Assembly (NCBI GenBank): GCA_000708835.1
Contig: DF237176.1
Span: 70,995-134,994 of the forward strand
From: Klebsormidium nitens
Lineage: Eukaryota > Plantae > Klebsormidiophyceae
Direction: 5' to 3'
Length of the DNA stretch: 64,000 nucleotides
A model generated the notes under the pieces. It saw only the letters and a program-made list of their open reading frames with translations. It made no database searches and was not told where the DNA came from. A program made the translations under genes and the position numbers. This document shows positions 37,499 to 50,700 of this stretch, in pieces (position 1 is the first letter of the stretch; every line of letters begins with the position of its first letter).

Positions 37499-38916
37499 TT
37501 ACAAACTCTAGAAGGGTTTTCCTAATCAACCCCTCGGGAAATGTGAAGCAGGCGCATGCTCCAAAGCAATTGATGACTCCCGCATGAATGTGCGGGCCTG
37601 GGGTGAAGTTAGGCGAAGCGCAATCCGAGGAGGGGCCAGAAAAACGACAAAACTTCAATCGAGGTGTTGTGTGGTTCTCTTCTCTTCCGCGAGTTATTCG
37701 TTCGTCAAGTCTTCACGTAATTATAGATCTTAGCTGGCACGGACTTTGTAGTAAGATTCACGAGAGAAGCCCACATGCACTCTTAGGGCGCACGCCAAAA
37801 AAGCTGACTGGAGACGTGACCACCCGTGCGGAGAAGATATGCCGCTCGTCTCTCGCGTGCGGCTTGGGCCTGCGCTCCAGATTCCTTAAACTTGCAAGAA
37901 GCTGCCTCCTCAAAGACGTTGGATCCAAGCAAACCAAGGATCTTCTTCCTGCGCGGTTTGCAACAGGCTCATGAAAAGGTCATGCTTAGGGCGCCCTTCG
38001 TGTACGAGCGCGAGGAGAGAGGAAGCAAGGAGCAACCTGGAGCTTTGCCTGGGGGGGGGTTGCAACATCGAATTTTGTCAAAGGCACGGAGAAGAGTTGA
38101 AGTGGGAGGCGCACATTTGCTTCCGATCCTTTTTAAGCTTTTCAGTGCTTCGATTGACATCCTTCCCTACTACGGAAAGAGAGAATCTATTTGAGAAGCT
38201 CTGAGCATCTTTTCAAGGGTTTGTTTGGCACGGGAGCATCTTGCCATGGGAGTTCTTGCCCAGCAGTGCTTCAACCCTAACTGCCGAAGGAGGTCCCCTG
38301 GGGATGGACCGTGAGCAGAGTCTGCCAATTGAACCTCTCATTTCTTGGGACCAAATCATAGTCATGATGATCTCCTTGAAGCAAGGTTTTGATTTGGAGG
38401 GAGGACTTTCAGTGTTTTCAAGTCGTTGCATTGTGGCATCCTTAGTTGCGATCCTGAGCTGTTTGTCATTCAAATGAGCTTTCTTCCTTCATCCTTCTTG
38501 GAGGAAGTTCAGTTCTGTCTGCAATTATTTGGATGCTGGATACAAATGTTACTGTGACGTGCCCTCTACTTCAGAGCTTCGTGGGGCTTACTTTTGCTTC
38601 CTTGCTGTGCTCCATCATCTATAAAGTTCTTTGCTTCAATGTCAATACAAGCATCTCAACCTTGCAAATTCATCTGATTCAAGTCTGATAATTCCCGGCT
38701 CTTCCAATCTAAAAGTTTGAAAAATATATGCATCTTGGAAATAAAATCAATCCAGGGGTAGTAATCTTTTTTCAAAAAGATTGGGGTTGTCTGGTGTCTC
38801 TCTTCATTTAATCAATTTTCGAATTGAGAATTTACTTGGAACAACCTTACACCAGACTCCGCATTTAGTAACGCCAAAGACATATCGATTCTCTTGTCGT
38901 AAATTTCAGGTACCGA

Positions 38917-41900
38917 ATGGAAGTAACTGTAGCACTCTCCCGACTTATTCTTCCATTGGTGCACTGTTTGCTGAAACGATCGCACAACCGCAGCCCTAAC
39001 TTCTAAAAGTTCAATGTATCTTTCTGACTATCTTCAAGTCACAGCGCCAGGATTTGTACCCATGCATTGTTTTTAGACATCCTCCTGGATTCGTGCAGAA
39101 ATATACCCCCTATCTCTGCAGCACTTGCCGATGGCACGTTCGAAACTACGGCTCTGAGGAAGAGCCGCAGAATGTGACTCTCTGCAATGCGTGCAAGATC
39201 AACTTTGACCAGGTGAGACGCCTTGCATCCAGAACCTATCGCAGGTCTTCAAAGTGATACTGGAAACCAGAGCTGTCCTGAGGCCAGCAGCGTTATCCAG
39301 GGGGGAACTCTATAACATCTCGATTTCAATGCAGAAGCATTTCTCGTTCTCTGCAACTTTGAGGAACTGGGATGGCATTGAGCGAGCGAGCTTGAAGGCA
39401 GGATTTTGGCTGCTGACGGATGAGGAGCTTCGTATCAACATGAAAGAAGCTTCGAACGCAGAAGCCCCTGACAAGACTGTCTTTCTCTCGACCGTTTCAC
39501 TTTTTTCAACACGAATCTTTTCAATCCTTTGCGAACCGCCGCCATCCACTAATTCCTTGAACTGCAGAGGAAGTACTGCCCTTACTGCGTCCAGATCTAC
39601 CGGGACAAGGACCCGGACAACTTTGACGGCAAAGAGGTGAGCAACATTCCGACAATGTAAGTCTCAGATAGATGTCTCTGATGAAGGAGAAACTGAAGCA
39701 CTTCGGTCGGCATGCTGCAACCAATTGGAGTGGACTAGTGTCTACGATCGCAGCCAGGTACAGAGCACCACCTGGTTTCAAGGATTAAGCCACCTTGCAT
39801 TCTTTATTCTCAATTATTCTCGATAATGTGAACAGATACGAGATTATGATGCTGACTGTTCCTTTGCTCTTCAAAACAGTGGCGCGGCTGCGACACGCGC
39901 AGCTGCCGACGGTGGGTCCACGTTGAGTGCGAGGAGACGGCCGCCGGGGGACCGCTAAACCCTCGCGAGGTTTACATCTGCCCCACGTGTCAGCAGGTGA
40001 GGAGAGGCGCGCGGCAGCATCCCGACGAGTCCAAGTCTTTCCTACTTCTCAACCGGAAGGGCTCAGTTCTCGCAAGAATCAATCTGCGGTTGCAAACTTC
40101 TGGAGTGCAGAAATCTAGTTCAGATCACGTGCTTCAATGTGAGGAGACAGCCACCTGCCTCTTGGAGCAGTCATGTTCTGGGTCACCAGATCCTCAAATG
40201 TACGACCTGTTTGAAAGCAAACTCTTGTTGATAAACCTGAAGATGTTCAACCTGCGCTCCAAATTGTAGCGCACGTTTGGTACGAACATCCTTGGGCGCC
40301 TCCTCGTTGTCGCGAATCTGTGACCTCTTTCTTTATCAGACGTTTCCTCTTACTCATATCTTTCTTCTCAGTATTATCTTAGCCCTACCTATTGTATCTT
40401 CTTCTTGTTTCTATTTCGACTCCGTCAAACTTATAGCGCACTCTACGCAGAACAAGTGCGCGACGCGCAAGCGCGACAAGCGCCCTGCGCGCAGCTCGAT
40501 CAGCCCGCGCTCTTCGCTGCACTTTCCGGCGGCGTTCAGCAGCGACGAAGGAGGGAGCCGAGCGACCGGCGCCCAACGCGCGGACTCCGAAGAGGTGACG
40601 TCTCCTTCGAAGCTGACAGAAGGGCATGAAAATGAGAAACTCAGTTCTCATCTGAGAGCGCACCTGAAGCTTGTTTCAGAATCGTATCGCCTACCAGATC
40701 TGGGACGGCGCTTTTGGTGACAAGGCCTCGACCGGACGGTCGATCTTCTCTGCCAAAGGAACAAGGATACTTAGTAGCGAGTCGTGGCACGCTTCTGTGC
40801 ATCGTAGAATGAGACTTTGACGGGACAAGTATGACCACTTAAAGGAAACGTTTGCTGCGCCATGCACTTGATTGTCGCGGAGCTTTCAAGTCAGTGACGG
40901 CGATTGCTTCATTTTGCAGTTCAACGAGTACAGCAAGAGGTCTCCCGGCGTCGACCTTTCCAAGCTCGAGGTGAAGAGATTCCTTCAATTTTCTCTCGAT
41001 GCCGCCTATCTCGACGGCTCAGCCGCGAGCCACCAGAAGTCTGTGAGCCCTTGTTATGGATACTCCGCGTGTGGCGGGGTCGCTCTATCCTGTTGCACCG
41101 CGGACTTGGAGATTTGATGCAGCAAAATTCTTATTTTCCCAGGCGGACCGCAGACTTCTGTGATTGGCGTGGGATCACTAAGTAATCGTGTCTCCATATT
41201 TAGAGTTCCAATCACCCCCGTTTGGCTCGAACCCCATCCAAAACTCTGTCCTCACGCGATAAAGCTGCCGTAGGTTTCTGCACTGCGCCTGTTTTGAGTC
41301 CTTGGTCAAGCAACCATAAAAAATAGCCTTTCGTAATCCTTTCCAGGCGTCCTCTCTGAAGCGCTACAAGCGCACGTTCCGGCTGGTGGAGCCCCCGGCC
41401 GGGAAGGACAGCGAGCGGCTCATCCCGGTCGTCGAGGAACACTTCGCGGCTCAGGTGAAGCTTCCTTCTTCTTGCGGCTCGTTTTCAAATATTTGACGAA
41501 CAGAATTGGGATTAAGGATGCGTGCGGCACGGTTTTAGTCTAAAAAGGTGCTAAACGACTCTCAGATTCGCTCAGAAGATCGGTGACAAGTGAGGAGAAG
41601 AGTGCGTTCGTATCATGCAGACAACGACTTTGTGCATAAAGTGACATTCACGCGCAGGGCGTTATGAGGATGCCCATTCACGCGCAGGGCGTTATGAGGA
41701 TGCCCATTCCTGAGGAACTGGTGATGCCGACCACGATACTCCTTCAGACTGGATTTTCGCATCGTGCAGGAAAGTGGACAGACAGGCTCCCTTGCGAAGC
41801 AACCGTGAAAAGTCGTTGAGCAAAGTCGATTTAATCGTTTGTTTGATGAGCGTCTGATTGGTAGTAGAATGGAGATCGGACGTTTTGTTCCCCTTGGTCA

Positions 41901-42019
41901 TTCTTGGTGACACTGCCGATTATTCAATCCAGGTTGTTCAAGAAGCCGAGACCCTTCTCTCGTTTGCACATTCGGTGAAGCTCAGGGCAGCCTGCCGAAC
42001 ACCCGCTGACGACGAATAG
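38917..42019 (+). CDS. GATA-like zinc finger + PHD finger + SAP30 Sin3-binding domain protein (~250-300 aa; 5' end uncertain)
   Basis: Exons 38917-38922 (tentative ME), 39045-39212 (CSTC-x18-CNAC), optional 39335-39478, 39568-39636 (KYCPYC), 39880-39996 (WRGCDTRSCRRWVHVEC...YICPTC), 40451-40594, 40920-40970 (GVDLSKLE), 41347-41454 (ASSLKRYKRTF...VVEEHFAAQ), 41933-42019 (VVQEAETLLSF). All joins are phase 0. Confidence 0.8.
41645..41709. repeat. Perfect 30-bp tandem repeat, about 2.2 copies, in an intron
   Basis: cattcacgcgcagggcgttatgaggatgcc twice, followed by cattc. Confidence 0.9.
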
Positions 42020-44281
42020 GGCCATAAGCCGGCGCCTCACACGCGCGGTTCTGTACCATAGGAAAACGTGAATGAAACTCGCTCATTAGAGCATGTTTTG
42101 CTAGGGGGCTGATACTTGTGTGGAACATAACATAGCTTATCCTGTACAACATGTGTCTGTAACGGACTGTAGAGTACGAGTTGAGACTTGCCGGCGTCAG
42201 AACGTGGAGCTAAAGAGTGGCGGTTTGGGCGGTCAATCAGACGGACCAGATCGGCAGGAAAAGCGTTCTGGCGTGCAGAATAACGGTCACAAAAAAGATG
42301 CGCAACTACAACACGACCACTTAGTGACCCTGGCCTTGAGCCGACAACTTTGTATTGCATAAGAGGCGTGCCGCTCACACGGAGGGTGTAGCTTGTCGCC
42401 AAGAAGTCAATGTCAGACTGAAAGCTGATTTAGCACAATATTCTTTTGTTCTTCGTAGATAGGCTGGAGGGTCAGAGCTGTAGATCTGGAAACCGTTAGT
42501 ACTTGTGTGTGCTCTTTTAACAGCGGGTCATGCAAAACGTTTTATATAGCTGCAACAGAGCATTGGCATAATGTACTAAAGAGGATAATTAGGGAGCATG
42601 TCGCGAGAATCGAGAACTAGTGAGAATCCACAGGATTTGATGGATCAAACCCGTACGTATTGTTACTAGTTTGTTGCTAACGAGCTTGCTATATTGGTCG
42701 AAGAAACAAAATTGCAAGTTGCCGCTTAAACCTCAGATATGATGATGATGGATCCAGGTCCACATTGACGACTCTGAATGTGTGGACCATTGAAGAATTA
42801 TAACCAAGCTTTAAGTTTGACTCCTCGGATGACGCCTGGCGCCCCGGGGAAAGAGGGACGGTGCTTCCCAATGCTTGATGACGAAACATGGATGCAGGCT
42901 TCGGTAATGTCATCACGCTAGTGCCGCAGTGCGGCCCGATCAAACTTTTGATTTGCAATCTCCGCCATGTGGAGCATGGCATGCGATCATACTGTGAAGC
43001 CTGTAAGTTACACGTATACTCAACATTTGCCCAAATTTGGCGTCTCAAATAATACGTATATTCACTCGTGCTGCAAGCCGGCCCGCGCGGCCCGGCCTGC
43101 GTTACAAGTTAGCTCTAGAGCTACACGCTTCAGGGGCGCGCGGCCTGCGACGATGCCTCCGACACCGTCTGAATTGTAGGGGTGCACCCATGTGCACCCT
43201 TCAAGTTCTGCCATTTAGGCTTGCAATGATGATCATGTCTAGAACGATTGGATTGGTCAATTGTGAGAAAACATCGTCGTAAGATGGCGGATCGATCCAA
43301 TATTGACGTACGATCGGACTCCGGGATCCGTCAACAGTGCCACACAGCGATTGCACATGGCGGCAGGCGCAGCAAGCTATGCCCGTGCCGCGCGCACTGA
43401 TGGGCAGCCTGCACAAGGGCGGTACGGTCACGTTTTCCATGTAATTGCATGTCGATCTGATTCGTTCTGCATCATGTTGGCCGGCGGGCCCGCGGCCGGC
43501 GCTGTCGCGTTGCAAAGCCACGATCATTCACGTGCATGCATCACTGACAGTGAGCCAATGAGTCAGACGATGCGAACATTGGACCAATTGGTGGGTTCAA
43601 GAATTCGGACTCTTCATGCAACATTGAACTTATCGACACAACCATGTTAACCGGCCTGACATTGTACGGTACAGTCACTACTCAGGACGGAGCTGAAAAG
43701 GTACTAGCTGAGGCATATGTTGATCAGGGGTACTTCAGGCTCGGCGCAACTTGCAGTGCATCATGTCGGCCGGGAAGAAGGTCGGCAGGAGGCATGTCGG
43801 ACCACTCCTAGATTGGGGTCTTCCGAAACACTTCGAGCTCCCAAACGAAAGAGAGGCAATTAGCTTAAGCGTCATTTGCCCTTTCTAATCAGCGCTCATG
43901 GTTCACCCGTCCTTAATCCTGACTATTGTTCCAACCCAATGGTCACCCACTCCATTCCCTGACAGTCCTCGTTCCTCCTATTCAAATCAGCGGCCGCACA
44001 GCTCCGCCCCGTCCGGTCAGTCCAACACTTACGCCCGATCCAGTCCTTAATACTGCAATGCACATGCAAATGCATGCTCTTCTGAGTCGACGGTCGTTCC
44101 TCAACCCCTTAAAAGCTATCAAAGCAACGGCTGCCCGTTCGCACCCCTTGCCCGCTTACCCGTTTCCGGGCTTCGTAAGCCAGTCTCGGCCGTCTCTGCC
44201 CCTTTCAAAGCAACGGCAATGCACGTCCTCATCCTTCGTTGCTTAACCTTCTAATCCTTATGGCCCGACTTCCCCCCTTCG

Positions 44282-46952
44282 TCAATCCAAAGGGACCACG
44301 GCCGCCGCCGGCAACCGCTCGACCGTCGCAATGTACGCCCCGTCCTCCTCAGGTCCTTCCCCCAATTGTGCCGTCAGATCGATCGTCACCTTCTCCCTCG
44401 GGCCTGTCGGTCTTTTCCGCTTCTCGGTGAAAATACCCTCCCGCTCCGCTGCTCGTTTCTTCAAGCTCGACAAACTGAGGGGCGCCCGTCCTTCTCGGCA
44501 GGCAGCCGCCAGCGCCCCCCGGGTGCGGTTGACCACCGGGCCGGAAGCAAGAGCGGCGTAGTCATCATATTCTGCATCACCCCGGGAGGTTTGACACTCC
44601 CGGTCAGCTCCACTGGAGGGGTGATTACCGTTTTCAAAGCGCGGTGCCAATGCAGGTATCCGGTGCCCTTCCGAAGCGGCACCGGTCGTCTGATCAGGCA
44701 TTTGTACGAAGCTTAAAAGCCCCGTTCCGCTTTGGACGGGCTCAAGGGTGGTGTGAACAGGCGCCTCGTGGGCAGATCGTCCGAGGGATCCCCCTCGACC
44801 GAGTCCATTTACACCAGGCAGCCCGTCACTAGCAACATCATGATCGGCTGCAATCCCATTCTCAATCGTATCTGTTCCCATAAGTTGCCCCCCGACAAAC
44901 TCTCGCCCTCTCTGGACTTCGTTCCCCGGAGCCGAAACGACCTCCAAATTGTCACCTGGCAGGGGGTCCGATAGCTCAGCCCCGTGGACCCCCCGTTGCG
45001 AGTCCAGCCTCCCCGCAAACAAGTTTCTCCGTTCAGGGGGTCCCAACGACGTGCTCGCAGCTGCCACCCCCGACAAGGATGCGCCGTTCCCAAGGTGTCT
45101 GTAATTCTGAGAGGGAGTGGTGGGAGCATACATGGGGCCTGCTTCTGGGACCGTTTTCTGGAGGCGGAACTTCGCCTGAGCCGACTCGTAGATCGCTTTA
45201 TGGGAAGGGTTGTCGAGGTTCAGAATTTCGCGCAGTCTGAGGACGTCGGCCGTCTCAAACCTGGGAGGAAGAAGGAAACAACTTTTTGTCGAATCAAAGC
45301 GTGTGAGACTGGGTGCCGTCAAGAAAACGTCTTACCGCAGCCGCCGGAATGAGTCGTATAAGTCCGCAAGGGATCAGAAAAGTCTGAGATGCGTGCAAAA
45401 AGCTAGTGTTTCCACCCTCCTTTTATGCCTGCACAGTTTCAAAAGTTGATGACTGCAGCAGAAGCAGGTGCAACTGGAAAATCAGAACTTTGGGAGCTGA
45501 GAAATGGTCAAAAAAGCAGTTTTTAAGACACCAGCAAGGTTGACTTCTGTCTAGTCTAGCCTTCTAACTCGAGCACAAACAACCACCTTTTCTATCCTAC
45601 TTGCAGATAGTTCGAGACGCCCAAGCAGAACCAGCTGTACGCACCAATCTGCCAGGTCGTGTTTCAGTCTACGGAATACGTGGACTGCCTTTGTCTATAA
45701 TCTTCTTATGTCTGTAGGACTTTAAACCGTCTTTGTCTATAGAATACTTAGACTGTCAACCTGCTTCTCTCAGCTCACAAAGTTACCAGCTTGCATGAAG
45801 ATTACAATAGCCAAGAGAGTCCAGCGGATCTGAAAGAATCGAACTAGAGTGAAACCAGGGACAGCAGAGAGAGCGATGAATCCCACCTACAAAAGAGGTC
45901 CACTGTCTCGTACTTCCTCCGGACCGCAGCCTTTTGAGTGGCAGATGCCTTCGGCCCCTTGCTGCGCGTCAACTCTCCCTCCCCCGCCCGCAAGCTCGGC
46001 TTCATAAAGTGCTTCACATCTTCCGCTTCCAACACCAATCCCTCCCCCNNNNNNNNNNNNNNNNNNNNNNNNNNNNNNNNNNNNNNNNNNNNNNNNNNNN
46101 NNNNNNNNNNNNNNNNNNNNNNNNNNNNNNNNNNNNNNNNNNNNNNNNNNNNNNNNNNNNNNNNNNNNNNNNNNNNNNNNNNNNNNNNNNNNNNNNNNNN
46201 NNNNNNNNNNNNNNNNNNNNNNNNNNNNNNNNNNNNNNNNNNNNNNNNNNNNNNNNNNNNNNNNNNNNNNNNNNNNNNNNNNNNNNNNNNNNNNNNNNNN
46301 NNNNNNNNNNNNNNNNNNNNNNNNNNNNNNNNNNNNNNNNNNNNNNNNNNNNNNNNNNNNNNNNNNNNNNNNNNNNNNNNNNNNNNNNNNNNNNNNNNNN
46401 NNNNNNNNNNNNNACGCCCTTTGATTGCCCCCCCTGAGAGCTCTCTTCTTCGGCCCCCCCCTTGCCGGAGCCTGATTCTGGCCCCCCTAAAGGGCCAAGA
46501 GACCACCCCCCGACCTCCCTAAAGCGCACTACAATTGTCCCCATTTCAGAATCGGCAAAAGGCAGCACGCGCGTGCCTGGTTCGTTTCTGTGCCGAGTTT
46601 CCGGCACCGCGAATGTGAATAGGCTCTTGTGGTGGTCCCCGTGCGCCTTCCCCCTGAAACACACGCTCTCGCTGGCCCCTTCCTCAACCCCTGAGATGTT
46701 ATCCGCAACGTAGCAGAGCTTAGTGTACCCGACAGACTGGCCGTCTACTTTGGCAAAGACTTTGAACTGGGGCTTGTTGGGGCGGGCTAGCGACGACGAG
46801 TTGCGGAAACGCACGCGTGCTCGGATGCGAAAGACCTCCCCTGGGTGGCCAATGATGTATGTTGTTCCCTGGTGTTGGATTTTGGGTAGTGGTTGATTCG
46901 CAGCATCCAGAAGCTCAGCGGAGTAGACCAGCTGCTGGGAGATGGTCTGCAT
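44282..46952 (-). CDS. Uncharacterised DUF7918-like protein, paralogue A (spans an assembly gap)
   Basis: 46952 ATG (MQTISQQLVYSAELLDAANQPLPKIQHQGTTYIIGHPGEVF...KVDGQSVGY...FTFAVP...MGTIVVRF), gap, then ...KHFMKPSLRAG...VDLFCR ending 45887 |gtggga; last exon 45260-44282 (FETADVLRLREIL...KRKRPTGPREKVTIDLT...). The phase-2 join matches paralogue B. Confidence 0.75.
46049..46413. other. Assembly gap (365 N)
   Basis: Run of N flanked by C-rich sequence that codes Gly/Ser/Glu-rich peptide on the minus strand. Confidence 1.
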
Positions 46953-47465
46953 TGTGGTGGGGGAAAATGTGCCAGAGTTTTGTCTTCCACCGCATCCGGA
47001 GAGTCCTTCCGTGGGAAGTGTCGGCAGGCGCTATTCCTAGATGTGTATGAAGCACCCGGAAAGAGAAGGCGTAACTCGCTCTCTTCAACAGAGACACATG
47101 ACGCACAAAGAGCTAATGGTCAAACACGTGCCTGCGATCTTTGGGCGGCCTGCATTGGCGCACCCTTTTGCAAGGACCGAGCAACGTGCCTGCTGGATCC
47201 CTGAGAAGCCCAAGAGGAACACGCCAGCAGCCGATCTGCAGCCATCCGGCCAGAGCTGTGTCTGCAGCCTGTCTGCAGCTCTGCTTTCTTTGATTTGCCT
47301 CTTGACGTCCTTGAAGTTGATCTTGAAGTTGAAGTAGGTACTGGAAATGCAGCAATTTCAAGGTGGAATTACCTATGTGACCGCCATGGCAGTTCCTGCA
47401 TAGGGTTTGCTTAACCTTGGGCCAACCCCCTGCGCAAACCTTGATAGTTAGTCTGTCACAATGCC

Positions 47466-47482
47466 AAACCCTAAAACCCTAA
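47466..47482. promoter_or_regulatory. Telo-box / two telomere-like units (AAACCCTAAAACCCTAA) in a divergent promoter
   Basis: Lies between ATG 46952 (-) and ATG 47704 (+). Confidence 0.35.
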
Positions 47483-47703
47483 TAACTCGTCACTTCTCCG
47501 GAAAATCATACGTGACCAATTTATGGCTGCATTTCTTAGAGTCAGACTACCGGTTTGGCTCTTGCCACCGTTCACTTCTGATCGCCACCCTTCAAGATGT
47601 CACATTTATGGTCTCTCGATCCTGTGTAAGCGCTTTGAAGGAAACAAGACAGCCGCCCTGAACGCAGAGGATCTACCTTTCGTGCCTCTTTGCGTGGAGC
47701 AAG

Positions 47704-50700
47704 ATGTCGGGCGCGGTGGCTTGCAGGTGCAGAGCAACCTGGCGCGTGCATGCAGCAGTGGACTCTGTGGGGAGGAGTGCGACAGTCATTTCAGGTCCCC
47801 ATCTTCCCATCAGGCGCGCTCCATGCAGCCAAGTGGGGGCTGCTATGCACCTTCCTGCAGTTGGACTGACAAATGCTGCAAAACTCAATGGCCTCAGAGG
47901 CGGGGGACGCTGCATGCACAGCAAACGAGAGAAGCGTTTGTGCGTGCATGCATCTGCTGGTGACAGCGGTTTGCAAGAGAGTGCTCCTGCCGCAGGAAAG
48001 AGTGCAACTGGGTCTCCGAATGGTGGTGTCGATTGCACCAGTGCACAGGAACCTGTTGCTAAGAGTGGTCAGACAGACACTGCCACAAATGGCGTCAATG
48101 GAGCCAGTACGGTGGAGAAGGTTGCCCAAAAGAGCGGAGTCGCACACCAGGGCAGGTTGGCGAAAGCGTCAGACTGGTTTCACGAGGCCGCAGAAGAGGA
48201 GGCGTTTACGAAGTGGTTACCGGTGGTTCAAGAGAAAGAGCGGGAGCTCCCTCTAGTTGCAGGTGAGCAACATCAATGATTGATAAAGTGAGTTGATGAT
48301 CAGGTGATGAGTGAATAAGCAGGTGAGCAACACTCGGCGATAACAAGTAATAACAAGTGATGAGTTGAGAGCAACGGGTGGATGTCTCTCATAAGATGGT
48401 GTTATTACAACTATCGCCTTAAAGTGATCTTTTGAGACAATAGTTGGTGGTACTGTGGTGTGATCATCACAGCGATGACAACAAGTGGTATGGAGAGGCC
48501 CTCTGAGAACACTAGTCGGCCTGCTGAGAACACTAGTTGGCGGAGGTTCGATTTAGCTCCATAAAGGACAGTACTCGAATGTGATCTTTTGAAATGCAGC
48601 CCCAGTGCTTTTGTGATGTCACAGCGCATGTCTGCTGCTTCAAGCTTGTGTTTATCAGCTTGTAGGGACTGACTGCTTGGCCCTGTGAAAGTCTCTCCGC
48701 TTCCTATGAGGCATTACTTTATAATGGTGGTAAATGATATAAACGGGAGGAAACCTGCCATATGGAAATGCAGTAGGAATCTTGGAGTTTGCGCTTGCAG
48801 ACGTAACATTGCCTGGTTTGATGTGTTCTGGCTCCTGAGTGTTCTCAGAACTGCAGTCTGATAAGCATTTTAGGGGTTAATCGCCTGAGCAAGGAGTGGT
48901 GGAAAGCGCGGGGTTACATTTTTTCAAGACTGATCATTGATATGCTCACGATCTTCATGGATTGTTTGTGGTTGTTAATTGGCGAGTCCACCAGATTCAG
49001 ACCTTTGGACGTCCTTGATATCGGAAAGATTTCGGATTATGTGCTGTCTTCAATGTTCATTCATTGCTTTCTGCTCTGCAGTTGTGGGACTGACTGCGGG
49101 GGGGCTCGTTCTGGCGATCGTTCTCTTTCTGCAAGGCTGGAGCAGGGTACAGCACAGGGGTGAGGAAAGTCGGACCCTTTTGACCTTTTAGGAACAGTAG
49201 CAGGTCACAACATGAGCAACTTCGACTGATGCACTTGTGACAATTAGATCTCTAAGGAGCGCAGGTGCTTTTCTGGTCGTTGTTTACTGGGTGAGACAAG
49301 TGATATACGAGGAATCTTCATGAGCCGATCTTGCACATCTGTGCGATTGATCCCCAAACAAAAGGAATCGGCGATCACCGGAAACACCCTGCAGATTGTG
49401 TGTCCTGTTGTGTTCTGTTGTTTCTATCTATGGTCCGCTATTGATGAACCTGGAGATCCTCAAATGACATCCAAGATCTGCTGAACATCCGGACCATGTG
49501 GATCTCAAAATTGCTCTGCCAGAATCAGGAATCTCTGTGAGTGTGGTTTCCTTGCATGTTTGTTTGCATGGCATTTTATCAGTGTCTCCTGCTTAAAGGT
49601 GACTTACTTGCAAATCAAAGAAGCCCAATGGATCTGAAACACGTTCACCTCAAATTTTGGCGTGTCGATTCCTTTTCAAAGGTAGCATGCATGCGCCGAT
49701 TCCGGTGTTGTACGTAGTACAGACATTTTCAACATACTTGCTTCTAAGACAAAGAGGACTGTAAATTTTTAGCCAGCTTTCTTTGCAAATGCTGCAGTTC
49801 CGGGGCTCCCGCGGCTGCCGTTCTCCGTCCACAAGCCGCACCACGGGGCGAAGCCCGAGGAACTAGGCGCGGCGGAGAAATCCAGGACGGAAGCTGAGCC
49901 GCAGGGTACGCAGGGACCTACTGCTTCTTTGTCCTCAGTGCACAGAGAGACGATGGCTGACACGGCACGTGCTGAACCAGTTGAAAGTGCTCAGTCAGAG
50001 AAGAAGGACGAAAGCGGCGGGTTTGGGAAGTCGGTTTTCAAGAGCGTCGCTTCTTTGGTTCCTGGCTTCAAGCATAAGAAGGCAGATAAAAGCACTGAGA
50101 CACCAAAGGAGGGTGCAAAAGGACCAGTTGAAAATGCTCAGTCAGAAAAGAAGGATGAAAGCAGTGGTATCGGGAAGTCAGTTGTCGAGGAGGTCTCGGC
50201 TCTGGTTCCTGGTTTGGATAAGAAGGGGGACGGTAATGCTGAGGAGGGAAAGAAGGGTGCAGAGATGGAAGAAGTTGGTGGTGGGAAAGAAAAGAAGGGT
50301 TTGGAGATGGAGGATGTTGCAAGGCAGCAGGGTAACACGGGTGAGAAGGATGGTGGGGAAGGCGAAAGCAAGCCTGTCGATCATAGTGGAGACGCGCACC
50401 TGGAAAGCTCTGCGGTTTCGGAAGCGGAAACGAAGAAAACACTCCAGGACAGTGCACGGCAAAGCCTGATCGAGAAGCCAGACATCCTGATATCCCCCAT
50501 CGGTGCAACAGACACCATAGAAGCAGAGCGCCCGTCTGAGAAACCCGCAGTTCAGCCAGCGCATGAGGAGGCAGCTCAACCCACAGTCCAGTCGGTGCAT
50601 GATGATGCAGCTCAACAGCGCCAAGTGGAAAAGCCTGAGGGGGCTGCAACTAGATTGAGGGAAAACGAGCCAGCCCCGGTTGTGCTTGAGCCTGCTGTGA

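Noticed and set aside
39245-39334. Exon beginning VFKVILETR
   Set aside because: It would need a 32-nt intron (39213-39244), far shorter than the others in this window.
45844-46522. ORFs running through the N gap on both strands
   Set aside because: They are artefacts of translating N; only the minus-strand parts belong to the real gene.
49265-49323. Terminal exon that would make 47704-49323 a separate 231-aa two-TM gene
   Set aside because: The acceptor has no pyrimidine tract, and splicing to 49798 gives the known transit-TM-acidic-SLH layout. It could at most be a minor isoform.
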